A stretch of DNA of 32,000 nt, from contig JBAZRV010000002.1 of NCBI GenBank assembly GCA_041662745.1, positions 206,919 through 238,918 of the forward strand, written 5' to 3'. Source of the DNA: Patescibacteria group bacterium. GTDB taxonomy: Bacteria > Patescibacteriota > Patescibacteriia > 2-01-FULL-39-33. Positions 1-8,793 of the stretch are shown in pieces; within the stretch, counting starts at the first letter, position 1, and each line of letters starts with the position of its first letter. The translations under genes were made by a program, and so were the position numbers. The notes beneath the pieces are model-generated. The model saw nothing but the letters and a program-made list of their open reading frames with translations, did not search any database and had not been told where the DNA came from.

Positions 1-1
1 T

Positions 2-481
2 TTGGGCGCTTACGGCTTTAAGGATTTTGCCAGTTCCGCTTATAAAGATTTGGATCAGGGCGCGATTGAAAGTGGTTTGTTAGCGGGAGAAACGGGAGCC
101 GTTGACAGCGTAGGGGGGACCAAGGTTTATCAGGAAAACAATTATACGGTGTTTGCCAATTGGACGGTAATCGGTCCGGGAGAAAGTCAAGAAGCGGTAC
201 TGGTTTACCGTCTGCCGTTTAAGGTTGGCAAGGACTTTAAGCCAAAAGGATTAATTATGTCAGCGGCTAATTTTTTCACTCCGGAAATAGCTCCTTATAA
301 TTTTGTTTTTCAGAAACAGTCCGGCCGTAGCAATGATCAGATTCAGAGCGTCGTTACTTATAGCGATAATTTATCGCCGAAACTGATTTATCCCAAATCC
401 GCCACCACAGAAAACAATAATGTTTACTCCCAAGCGTTGACTGATCAGGATCGTTATCTAAGCATCGCTTTTATAAAATAA
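2..481 (+). CDS. C-terminal fragment of a large extracellular/exported protein (5' end outside window; possibly DUF4012-like)
   Basis: Open frame from the window edge to a stop at 481. The first codon is TTG, so the gene probably starts upstream. The sequence is beta-rich and extracellular-like. Family assignment is weak. Confidence 0.6.
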   Translation: MGAYGFKDFASSAYKDLDQGAIESGLLAGETGAVDSVGGTKVYQENNYTVFANWTVIGPGESQEAVLVYRLPFKVGKDFKPKGLIMSAANFFTPEIAPYNFVFQKQSGRSNDQIQSVVTYSDNLSPKLIYPKSATTENNNVYSQALTDQDRYLSIAFIK

Positions 482-496
482 TTTATTTATCGGCTT

Positions 497-2524
497 ATGC
501 CAGAACAAACCCCCAAAACCAAAGTCGGAGAAATAACCGCCAATCAGGAATTATCGGAAATGGAAAATAACGAAAATAATAGCGGCACCGGGCCAAATGA
601 TATGGTTACAGCGATTGAAAATAAAAATCAGCCGCCGGCCAAATCAGCTAAACGCGGATTGTTCCATTTGAGGCGCGGCAGTGCGGGCAGGCAAAAAGAA
701 ATTTCTCGCGATTTGGCGGAAGTCTATACTGATGACGACGGGGTCATACCGGATTTGACTCGATTGGAGTCCAATGAACGGCCTCTGTGGCAGACTATAG
801 TTTATACCTTGATTGCGGTTCTGGCGGTATTGCTGGTTGGCGCCGCCGTTATTTATTTGATTCTCGCCAATCTTAACAGCGATACCTTTACCAACGAACG
901 CATAACTTTTAAATTAGAACCGCCAATCTCCATTGTTTCCGGGCAAGAGGGGACTTACACGATAATCATCGCTAATCGCGAACGGGTGAATCTTTATGAT
1001 TTGGATATTGAATTGAAATATCCCGACACCTTTCAATTGGTTTCTTCCTCTCCGGTGGCAACCGGCGACAAGAGAAATATCTGGAATATTTCCGTTTTAA
1101 AAATCGGCGAAACGCAAAAAATAGAATTGCGCGGAAAAATCATCGCTCCCTTGGATTCCGTGCAAACCGTTACCGGTGCCATGACCTTCAAGCCGGCCAA
1201 TCTAAACGCCGAATTCAGTCAGAAATTCAATTTAGATATGGGTGTCAATGCCTCTACGATTATCCTGACTGTCTCCGGGCCGGATAAAACGCTGGCTAAC
1301 CAGGGCATTTCCTACACCGTTGATTTGCGCAATGTCGGCACTGAAGTCTTAAATGATTTGGAGGTGGTAGCCGAATATCCGCCAGGGTTTGTCCTCTCCT
1401 CCACTACGCCCGCCGCCAAGGATGGCACTAATAATGTTTGGAGCGTAGCCAAGCTGGCCACTTCCACCGATATGGCTACCAGCAGCGATCAGAAAATAAT
1501 CATCGGCGGCAATTATTCGGGCATCGTTGATTCGGGCAATCAGGAATTTAAAGTCAAAGTCAATCTGAAAAATCAAAGCGAGTATATCTTGCAAAGCGAA
1601 CAGTCGGCCGTTACCGCCGTGGTCAAGGATCAATTAAGTTTGAGCGTGATAGTCAACGGTTCGGGCGAGGATCAGCCGGTGTCTTTCGGCGATTTATTGG
1701 TATATACGATTAACTTTAAAAACACCGGCACCGAAGATTTGAAAAATGTGGAATTAACGGCCAAAGTGGACTCCCAGATTTTGGATTGGGCGACTTTAAG
1801 CAGTGATCACGAGGGCAAAGTTAACGAAGGCATAATTGTTTGGACCGGCAAGGAGCTGCCCAGCCTGTTGAATTTGCGTCCGGGCGAAGAGGGCGCCGTA
1901 ACTTTTCAGTTAAGAGTCAAGGATTTGGCGGCTATCAGCTCCCTGGATGTGTCTAAGTTCAGTGTGGAAAGCTCGGCTCAAGCCAAAATTAAAAATGCTG
2001 ACGGCGTTAATGCCATTAATTCAAAAATCATTACTAATTCCATTAATTCCGATTTGAGTTTAATTGCCGCGGCGCGTTATTACAATGAAGACAATCTGCC
2101 TCTTGGCTCCGGCCCGATCACTCCGCAAGCCGATGAGACTTCTTCTTACAATATCCGTTTATCCTTAACCAATAACTTGCACGATATCGGCAATATTGAA
2201 GTCAGCGCCATTTTGCCCAAGTTTGTCAATTGGGATGATAAGGAAAATCACAACACTGGTGACTTTTTATATAACTCTAAAACCAAAAAATTATCTTGGC
2301 GTATTTCTAAGTTGCCCAAATCAGTCAAAGACGCCGCCATTGATTTTAATGTATCAATCAAGCCGACGACTGATGACATCGGCCGAGTGTTGATTTTGAT
2401 TCCCGAATTCAAATTGACGGCTAAAGACCTGGAAACCGGCTCGGATATCTCCAAAACGATTAGAGCGGTTACCACCGCCTTCTCCGACCCCATCATGGGT
2501 AATTTATCAGGCATAGTGGAATAA
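497..2524 (+). CDS. Membrane-anchored protein: cytoplasmic N-terminus, one TM segment (IVYTLIAVLAVLLVGAAVIYLILA), several extracellular Ig-like/DUF11/CARDB-like repeats
   Basis: 675 aa ORF starting 15 nt after the previous stop. Repeated segments such as 'YTIIIANRERVNLYDLDIELKYP', 'YTVDLRNVGTEVLNDLEVVAEYP' and 'YTINFKNTGTEDLKNVELTAKV' are typical of DUF11/CARDB-type beta domains. Confidence 0.8.
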   Translation: MPEQTPKTKVGEITANQELSEMENNENNSGTGPNDMVTAIENKNQPPAKSAKRGLFHLRRGSAGRQKEISRDLAEVYTDDDGVIPDLTRLESNERPLWQTIVYTLIAVLAVLLVGAAVIYLILANLNSDTFTNERITFKLEPPISIVSGQEGTYTIIIANRERVNLYDLDIELKYPDTFQLVSSSPVATGDKRNIWNISVLKIGETQKIELRGKIIAPLDSVQTVTGAMTFKPANLNAEFSQKFNLDMGVNASTIILTVSGPDKTLANQGISYTVDLRNVGTEVLNDLEVVAEYPPGFVLSSTTPAAKDGTNNVWSVAKLATSTDMATSSDQKIIIGGNYSGIVDSGNQEFKVKVNLKNQSEYILQSEQSAVTAVVKDQLSLSVIVNGSGEDQPVSFGDLLVYTINFKNTGTEDLKNVELTAKVDSQILDWATLSSDHEGKVNEGIIVWTGKELPSLLNLRPGEEGAVTFQLRVKDLAAISSLDVSKFSVESSAQAKIKNADGVNAINSKIITNSINSDLSLIAAARYYNEDNLPLGSGPITPQADETSSYNIRLSLTNNLHDIGNIEVSAILPKFVNWDDKENHNTGDFLYNSKTKKLSWRISKLPKSVKDAAIDFNVSIKPTTDDIGRVLILIPEFKLTAKDLETGSDISKTIRAVTTAFSDPIMGNLSGIVE

Positions 2525-2700
2525 CCCCGCCATCGGACTGATTGCAAAAATCATCGTTACAATCAGTGATGAAATCAGGGACGAAATAATATATTTCTAA
2601 TTTTTTCTCAATAGGCAACAGATATAAATAAGCGCCTCTGCATTCGTGACTTATTATTATATCAAATAACCTAATATCAAATAACTTAAATTCCGTTAAG

Positions 2701-3894
2701 ATGGCCTTTAAACTGCTTAAAAAATCTAAGAAATCCCAAGCGCGATTAGGAAAATTAAAAACCGCCCACGGCATCATTAAGACGCCGTTTTTTATGCCGA
2801 TTGCCACTAAGGGAGCGGTCAAGAATCTAACCGCCGCTGATGTTAAGGATCTTGGTTCGCCCATATTATTATCCAACACCTATCATTTGTATTTGACGCC
2901 GGGCAGGGAAGTACTGTCTGCCGCCGGCGGTTTGCATAAATTTATGGATTGGCGCGGAGCCATCCTGACCGACTCCGGCGGTTTCCAAGTATTCTCACTG
3001 TCTAAAATCAGGAAAATCCTGCCTCAGGGCGTGGAGTTCCGTTCGCACTTGGACGGCAGCAAGCACATCTTAACGCCTAAATCAGTCTTGGATATTCAGA
3101 AAACTATCGGTTCGGACATTGCCATGATTTTGGATGTCTGTCCGCCGTCAACCGCCAAACACCAAGAGATCAAGGAAGCGGTTGAAATTACAACCAAATG
3201 GGCCAAGGAGGCGGCCAGAACGATTAAAAGCCGAAAGTCCAGAAGCAAAAACCAGGACAAGCAATTATACTTTGCTATCGTCCAGGGTGGTGTCTATAGG
3301 GATTTGCGCGAGCAATCATTGCAAGACTTGGTTAAATTGGATTTTGACGGTTATGCGGTCGGCGGCTTGGCCGTGGGTGAAACCAACAAAGAAATGTATG
3401 AGGTATTGGATTATTTGGCGCCGCAATTGCCGGCCGGCAAGCCGAGATATTTAATGGGCGTGGGTACGCCGGAAAACATTATTGAAGCGGTCAAAAAAGG
3501 AATAGACATGTTTGATTGCGTTATTCCGACCCGCGAAGCCCGGCATGGCCGGCTGTATGTTTGGCCCGACATGTCATTGCGAGAAGGATGTAATCATCCG
3601 ACGAAGCAATCTCTTAAAAAATATCAGCGCGGCCTTCAAGATTGCTTCGCTTCGCTTCGCTTCGCTCGCAATGACGAATGGTATCAAACCATCAACATTA
3701 CCAATTCCAAATACAAGCATGACTTTTCACCGATAAACGGCAGTAACCTGAAAAAATATTCCAAGGCCTATCTGCATCATCTGTTCAAAACCGGCGAACC
3801 CTTAGCTATGCGTTTAGCCACCCTCAATAATCTTGATTTTTATTTGCGATTAATGGAGGGCATCAGGCGACAAATCAAAAAGGGCAACTTATAA
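2701..3894 (+). CDS. tgt: tRNA-guanine transglycosylase, atypical
   Basis: Contains ILTDSGGFQVFSL, SHLDGSKHILTP, FAIVQGGVYRDLR, YAVGGLAVGE, YLMGVGTPENIIEAVKKGIDMFDCVIPTREARHGRLYVW and KYSKAYLHHLF. Has an internal extra segment and lacks the CXCXXC motif. Confidence 0.93.
   Translation: MAFKLLKKSKKSQARLGKLKTAHGIIKTPFFMPIATKGAVKNLTAADVKDLGSPILLSNTYHLYLTPGREVLSAAGGLHKFMDWRGAILTDSGGFQVFSLSKIRKILPQGVEFRSHLDGSKHILTPKSVLDIQKTIGSDIAMILDVCPPSTAKHQEIKEAVEITTKWAKEAARTIKSRKSRSKNQDKQLYFAIVQGGVYRDLREQSLQDLVKLDFDGYAVGGLAVGETNKEMYEVLDYLAPQLPAGKPRYLMGVGTPENIIEAVKKGIDMFDCVIPTREARHGRLYVWPDMSLREGCNHPTKQSLKKYQRGLQDCFASLRFARNDEWYQTINITNSKYKHDFSPINGSNLKKYSKAYLHHLFKTGEPLAMRLATLNNLDFYLRLMEGIRRQIKKGNL
3573..3675 (+). 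repeat. Palindromic interspersed repeat (gtcattgcgag...cgaagcaatct / agattgcttcg...ctcgcaatgac) inside tgt
   Basis: The arms gtcattgcgag (3573-3583) and ctcgcaatgac (right end, to 3675) are perfect reverse complements, as are the inner arms cgaagcaatct and agattgcttcg. The type resembles the widespread 'cattgcgag...' bacterial palindromic repeats. Confidence 0.8.
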
Positions 3895-4011
3895 AATGGA
3901 AGCTCTTGACAACAAGTCAAAAATCAAGTAGAATAAGCGCTTAGAAAGCACGTTAAAATAAAAAGTAATAGTACAACGGCCGATTCAACAGAAACGGCAG
4001 GGAGAACAACC

Positions 4012-5061
4012 ATGGAAGCTGACAGATTAGAAAAATTCAAGCATGTTTTGGAGCAAATGAAGGAAAACCCATTAGTTGTGATTCTAACCCATCTTGATCC
4101 CGATTCCATGGCCTCCGCCGAAGCCATGAGATTTATTGCCAAGTCGGTTGGCATTGAGCAGATTACCGTTCTTTATTGCGACGAGTCCACCGATGAGCAA
4201 AACGAGGCCATTATCAATAAGTTGGCTTTGGATCGGCGAATGCAGCCGATTGACAGTTGGGTTGATTTTCCGGCTGGTAACAACTATGTTATGGTGGATG
4301 CCAATTCGCCTTCCGACAGCCGGCTTAAACACGCTAAAGATAAGTTGAAACTTACAATGGTTATTGATCATCATCGCAATGACAAAATCAAAGAAACGGA
4401 TGATGACTTTATTTGGCTGGAAAATTTCGGCGCCTGCGCCACCATGATGTGCGAACTCATTGCCGGTCTGGGCTTATTGAGTACCGCTAAGTTCAACGGC
4501 GATTTTAAGGATTTGCCCTTATTGCTTTCACTGGGTATCTACATGGATACCAAGGGTTTGATCAGCGCCGGCAGTAAGGATCGCGAAGCTTTTGCCGAAG
4601 TCGCCGGCCTGGCCAAAGAGGCGGACTTGCAGTTCTTCATTAATTATCAGATTTCCCAAACCTACATGGAAGCGCTTAAATGCGCTTTAAACTCCATGTC
4701 TGTCCGGGGAATGAAGATAGTGGCTTATGCCGGAGAAGTAAGCTCCAAGGAAGCTACGGTTATTGCTCGGGTGGCGGATTTTTTTATTAGAATCAAGGGA
4801 TTTTCTCTGGCCGTGGTCTGGGCGACGGTTGATGACAGCCAAATCATGGTTTCTGCCCGAGGTACTGATTTCGGCACGCCGCTTGATGAATTCATACGTT
4901 CCCGTTTCGGTTCCGGCGGCGCCAAGGTTTCCAAATGGGGCCTATGGGAAGGTGGCGTTCAATTGCCTTTTAACTTCGGATTCTTCCACTCCCCGATCAA
5001 TAGAATGCAACGAATAGCAACGGCTCAGGCCTTAATCACCGGTCTGATTTTGGAAAATTGA
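4012..5061 (+). CDS. DHH-family phosphoesterase (NrnA/RecJ-like, DHH-DHHA1)
   Basis: Motifs: THLDPDSMASAEAM, MVDANSPSDSR, MVIDHHRNDK, C-terminal GGGAKVSKWG. The start is preceded by 'gggagaacaacc'. Confidence 0.9.
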   Translation: MEADRLEKFKHVLEQMKENPLVVILTHLDPDSMASAEAMRFIAKSVGIEQITVLYCDESTDEQNEAIINKLALDRRMQPIDSWVDFPAGNNYVMVDANSPSDSRLKHAKDKLKLTMVIDHHRNDKIKETDDDFIWLENFGACATMMCELIAGLGLLSTAKFNGDFKDLPLLLSLGIYMDTKGLISAGSKDREAFAEVAGLAKEADLQFFINYQISQTYMEALKCALNSMSVRGMKIVAYAGEVSSKEATVIARVADFFIRIKGFSLAVVWATVDDSQIMVSARGTDFGTPLDEFIRSRFGSGGAKVSKWGLWEGGVQLPFNFGFFHSPINRMQRIATAQALITGLILEN

Positions 5062-5100
5062 AAATTGATGGCAAATTATTGGAGATGTTTGGCACTTTTT

Positions 5101-5132
5101 ACCCCGGATTTCTATCCGGGTTTTATTTTTTT
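5101..5132 (+). terminator. Rho-independent terminator after the DHH gene
   Basis: Stem cccgga / tccggg (5103-5108/5115-5120) followed by gttttattttttt. Confidence 0.75.
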
Positions 5133-5179
5133 ATGGTTTAATCGGCTATTATTGAGCGGGTTTTGCCGGGATAAAAATT

Positions 5180-5190
5180 TATGCTATAAT
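5180..5190 (+). promoter_or_regulatory. Extended -10 promoter element upstream of the S41 protease gene
   Basis: TATG C TATAAT, with a weak -35 candidate TTGCCG at a 16 nt spacing. Confidence 0.55.
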
Positions 5191-5261
5191 GATGTCAAAA
5201 GTTGTTTCTTTTTATCGCCGATAGACGGAGGTGATTTTATTAGAATAATGACCAAAAACTT

Positions 5262-6590
5262 ATGGACCCCTTGATCAACGATAATCAAACGGCAGACAAG
5301 CCCTCGCGCTGGTCTTTTTTGCGTCAACCTTTGGCTTTATGGCTGGCGGTTGTTTTGATTTTTATCAGTTTCATCATCGGCGCGGCGGTTGGCGGTCGAG
5401 GCAATATCGTATCCGATACTAAAGTGATCAAGGGGGCGGACACTCAATTGATGATGGCTGAAGCGAAAGCTGCGGAATCGGCCGGCCTTACTGCGGGCAA
5501 TACCGCTACGTCAACGTTGCCCGCTTACCTTAAGAAAGATGTTGATTTCCAATTATACTGGGATACTTTAGGAATTATCCATGGCAAGTATTATGCTCAA
5601 GATATTCCCGATACCAAATTGTTTTACGGTTCGTTGCAGGGCATGGTGGCAGCTTTGGGCGATCCTTATTCCGTTTTTCTTACTCCCTCCGATGCTCAGC
5701 AGTTCCAAGAGGACCTTAATGGCACCTTTGAAGGCATTGGCGCGGAAATCGCCGTTAAGAACAGCCAGCTCATCATTGTTTCTCCTTTGGATGATTCGCC
5801 GGCCATGAAAGCCGGCTTGAAGCCCAAGGATTGGATTTTAAAAATTAATGGCACTTCCACCGAAGGCATGAGTTCCCAGCAAGCCGTCAATTTAATCCGC
5901 GGTAAAGCCGGAACTAAAGTCAATTTGACGATTTATCGCGAGGGCTGGACCGAAGCGCAGGTAATTGAAATCACTCGGGCGCCCATTGTGGTTAAAAGCT
6001 TGACTTTGGAATATTTGGCCGGCGGCGCCATTGCCCATATTAAGGTTAGACAGTTTAATGGCGATACTATGCCGCTTTTTGACAGCGCTATTTCCAATAT
6101 TTTATCCAGGCCCGGTCTTAAGGGAATTATTTTGGATTTGCGCAACAATCCCGGGGGTTATTTGGAATCGGCCGTAGAGATGGCCGGCGAATGGAACGGT
6201 GACGGGATTGTGGTCTCGGAAAAAAATCGCGATGGCGTTAAGACGGATCATCGCGCTTATGCTCAGCCGCGCTTAACTGATTATAAAACCATTGTTTTGG
6301 TTGACGGCGGCAGCGCTTCCGCTTCAGAAATAGTTTCCGGCGCCCTAAAAGACTGGGGCAAGGCCACATTAGTCGGAATGAAAACTTTCGGCAAGGGTTC
6401 GGTGCAGGATTTGACTGATTTGCCCGACGGCAGCCAAATCAAGCTGACTATTGCCAAGTGGTTTACTCCCAATGGCATATCCATTGACGAACAGGGGATT
6501 GAGCCGGATGTCAAAGTGGATTTAACTGAAGAAGACTATAATAACGACCGCGATCCCCAATTGGTTAAAGCGCTAGAACTGTTAAAATAA
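5262..6590 (+). CDS. S41-family C-terminal processing peptidase with PDZ domain
   Basis: N-terminal TM; PDZ segment GIGAEIAVKNSQLIIVSPLDDSPAMKAGLKPKDWILKINGTS; catalytic regions LDLRNNPGGYLESAVEMAGEW, VLVDGGSASASEIVSGALKDW and GMKTFGKGSVQ. Confidence 0.95.
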   Translation: MDPLINDNQTADKPSRWSFLRQPLALWLAVVLIFISFIIGAAVGGRGNIVSDTKVIKGADTQLMMAEAKAAESAGLTAGNTATSTLPAYLKKDVDFQLYWDTLGIIHGKYYAQDIPDTKLFYGSLQGMVAALGDPYSVFLTPSDAQQFQEDLNGTFEGIGAEIAVKNSQLIIVSPLDDSPAMKAGLKPKDWILKINGTSTEGMSSQQAVNLIRGKAGTKVNLTIYREGWTEAQVIEITRAPIVVKSLTLEYLAGGAIAHIKVRQFNGDTMPLFDSAISNILSRPGLKGIILDLRNNPGGYLESAVEMAGEWNGDGIVVSEKNRDGVKTDHRAYAQPRLTDYKTIVLVDGGSASASEIVSGALKDWGKATLVGMKTFGKGSVQDLTDLPDGSQIKLTIAKWFTPNGISIDEQGIEPDVKVDLTEEDYNNDRDPQLVKALELLK

Positions 6591-6695
6591 CCGTGAATTT
6601 ATCAATCAGCGGTATTATCTATTCTTATTATCTATTCTTGCCATTCCAATCATAGCGGAGAAACATCTTTGCTGGTCGCAATGGCATAAGACATT

Positions 6696-7133
6696 ATGAA
6701 GATTGTTTACTTGGAAAATTCCAAAGCCCACAAGCGAGGCGACATTAAGGATGTGGCCGAGGGTTACGCGCGCAATTTTTTGATCCCGCAAGGCGTGGCA
6801 GCGCCGGCCACAGCGGAAAATCTGGCTAAAATCAAACAAGAAACTGAAAAGAAGGCCAAAACTCAAGAAAGCGCCATCAATCAATACAAGCTCATAGCGG
6901 AAAGGATTAGGGGGCGCAAGGTGGAAATCAAAGGCAAGGCCAATGAAAGCGGCAAGTTGTATGCGTCTATAACCGAACAGGAAGTTAAGATCGCGCTAAA
7001 AAAACTAGGCCTTGACATTGGTAAGGGCAAAGTGATTTTTCCAAGCCATCTGAAAGAAGCCGGCGAGTTTAAGGTTAAAGTTGACTTTGGACACGATTTA
7101 GTGTCTGAAATAATAATTTTAGTTCGCGTATGA
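6696..7133 (+). CDS. rplI: Ribosomal protein bL9
   Basis: MKIVYLENSKAHKRGDIKDVAEGYARNFLIPQGVAAPAT and a C-terminal domain with KLGLDIGKGKVIFPSHLKEAGEFKVKVDFG. Confidence 0.96.
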   Translation: MKIVYLENSKAHKRGDIKDVAEGYARNFLIPQGVAAPATAENLAKIKQETEKKAKTQESAINQYKLIAERIRGRKVEIKGKANESGKLYASITEQEVKIALKKLGLDIGKGKVIFPSHLKEAGEFKVKVDFGHDLVSEIIILVRV

Positions 7134-7156
7134 GGAGATTTTTATTTTTCATCATT

Positions 7157-7185
7157 AAATAGAGGATTCATCCCCTCTATTTTTT
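7157..7185 (+). terminator. Rho-independent terminator after rplI
   Basis: Perfect 9 bp stem aaatagagg / cctctattt plus a T-tract. Confidence 0.75.
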
Positions 7186-7206
7186 AGCGTTTGATTAAGC
7201 AAAATT

Positions 7207-7812
7207 ATGGAAAACCGCATCAAAAAAATCGTCATTACCGGCGGGCCGTGCGCCGGCAAAACCTCTATCATTAATCTGTTAAAAGAAGAATTCGGCGACA
7301 CTATCATTACTGTGCCGGAGGCGGCGACCCTGCTTTTGGCCGGCGGATTTCCTATGCCCGGCAAGCACTTGAATTGGTGCGATGACTGGCAATATTATTT
7401 CCAACAAAGCGTGTTGCATCTGCAGAAGTCGTTGGAAAATGCCTATTTGCTTATGGCGGAACGGAAAAATTCCAAAGTTTTATTATGCGATAACGGCTTG
7501 CCTTCGGGCGCGGCTTATATGCCGGGAGGCATCAAAGAGTTCATTCTCAAATACGGGGTTGATTTTGAAAAAGAACTATTGGATTATGATTCGGTCATCC
7601 ACTTGGAAACAATCGCCCTATCCCAGCCGGAAAAATACGGCAAGCATAACAATGAAAATCGTTATACATCTTTGGAGGAGGCGATAAGGCACGATTTATT
7701 GATCAAGGAAGTTTGGCAGAGCCATCCTCATTGGCAGGTGATTCCCAGCACTTGGGCTTTGGAAGAGAAATTCCATAAAACGGCGGAAACCGTTAAAAAA
7801 TATCTGAAATAA
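7207..7812 (+). CDS. P-loop AAA_28-type ATPase/kinase
   Basis: Walker A GGPCAGKTSIINLL; VTVPEAATLLLAGGFP; CDNGLPSGAAYMPGG; C-terminal helix HKTAETVKKYL. Confidence 0.8.
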   Translation: MENRIKKIVITGGPCAGKTSIINLLKEEFGDTIITVPEAATLLLAGGFPMPGKHLNWCDDWQYYFQQSVLHLQKSLENAYLLMAERKNSKVLLCDNGLPSGAAYMPGGIKEFILKYGVDFEKELLDYDSVIHLETIALSQPEKYGKHNNENRYTSLEEAIRHDLLIKEVWQSHPHWQVIPSTWALEEKFHKTAETVKKYLK

Positions 7813-7857
7813 AATTGAGCCCGAAGCCAAGCCGACAGGGTGTCCGAGCAGCCTTCC

Positions 7858-7888
7858 AATAAAAACACCCGCCAGAAAATCCGGCGGG
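7858..7888 (-). terminator. Rho-independent terminator of the minus-strand membrane gene
   Basis: Stem cccgcc / ggcggg (7867-7872/7882-7887) with a minus-strand T-tract (plus strand aaaaaca). Confidence 0.65.
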
Positions 7889-7908
7889 CGCATAAGGTGC
7901 ATTGCTAT

Positions 7909-8577
7909 TTATTTGGCTATTAGCCAGCGGCCGATAGCGTGGCAAGCTGGCAGGAACATTTTGGCCAGATATTTCAGACCAACGACCAGACCAACGACCA
8001 GACCAACGACCAGACTGACGATCAGACCAACGACCAGACTGACGATCAGACCAACGACCAGACCAACGACCAGACTGACGATCAGACCAACGACCAGACC
8101 GATGCCTAGACCGATGCCCAGACCAGCGCCTATAACGACGCCTAGACCGGCGGTCAGACTGACACATAGACCGGCGGTCAGACTGCCACCCAGAATAGCG
8201 GTCAGACCGATGATCAGACCGACGCCTAGACCGGCGCTCAGATCCGTGCTCAGACCGACGATCAGACCGACGATCAGACCGGCGATTAAATCCTTATTTG
8301 AAAATCTTCTTGAAATTAAGCCAATCAATTCAATAATGGCAGTTGACCAGAATATTGAAAAGGGGACATCCCACCATCGCGATAGCGATAGCGGCAGTTG
8401 AAGAAAAATATCTTTGGCATGATCCTGATCGTTAGCCAACCAGATAATCTTATCTGATACCGGCACCGATCCATTGACTTGATACCAAACGAGCCAGAAA
8501 AAACCGGTTGCTGCGGCGGCGATCAAAGACCACCGCCAAGTGAGTTTCCATTGCCTTGGATAACTGATTGATTGCAT
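7909..8577 (-). CDS. Hypothetical polytopic membrane protein with Gly/Val/Leu/Ile tetrapeptide repeats
   Basis: 222 aa ORF. Start codon preceded on the minus strand by 'aaaaggaaagggaaagcc' (SD-like). Downstream terminator on the same strand. Non-repeat N-terminus has TM segments. Confidence 0.8.
   Translation of the reverse strand: MQSISYPRQWKLTWRWSLIAAAATGFFWLVWYQVNGSVPVSDKIIWLANDQDHAKDIFLQLPLSLSRWWDVPFSIFWSTAIIELIGLISRRFSNKDLIAGLIVGLIVGLSTDLSAGLGVGLIIGLTAILGGSLTAGLCVSLTAGLGVVIGAGLGIGLGIGLVVGLIVSLVVGLVVGLIVSLVVGLIVSLVVGLVVGLVVGLKYLAKMFLPACHAIGRWLIAK
7976..8287 (-). repeat. Tandem array of 26 x 12 bp units (consensus plus strand agaccnacgacc)
   Basis: Counted by eye. Every unit is 12 nt with no indels. 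Units nearest 7976-8095 are only agaccaacgacc or agactgacgatc; later units are diverged. Confidence 0.92.
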
Positions 8578-8793
8578 GGCTTTCCCTTTCCTTTTTTGGC
8601 TTTTGTTTGTCCGTTAATAGATTTGTTGTTTTACAGTACTTTCCGAGTAAAATCATCAGAATATCTCATTGTAGCATATCCGTAATATTTTGTCAAGGGC
8701 ATGTACAGTTAACATTAAAGGGTGACAGGAAAGAGTTTTATTTTTCCGATTAAAAACGGCTGAATTTAAAATAACTAATAATTAAGATAAATT

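Noticed and set aside
2659-2688. Two 15 bp direct repeats atatcaaataac(c/t)ta upstream of tgt
   Set aside because: Only two AT-rich copies, easily chance.
5065-5274. 69 aa ORF between the DHH and S41 genes
   Set aside because: It spans the DHH terminator and the S41 promoter. Not a plausible coding region.
7793-8167. 124 aa minus-strand ORF (SRHRSGRWSDRQSGRW)
   Set aside because: Alternative frame through the same 12-mer array. Overlaps the better-supported 222 aa ORF.
7913-8401. 162 aa plus-strand ORF rich in RPTTRPTTRPM repeats
   Set aside because: It is the antisense shadow of the 12 bp repeat array. The minus strand has a credible SD, a unique N-terminal TM domain and its own terminator; the plus frame has none of these.
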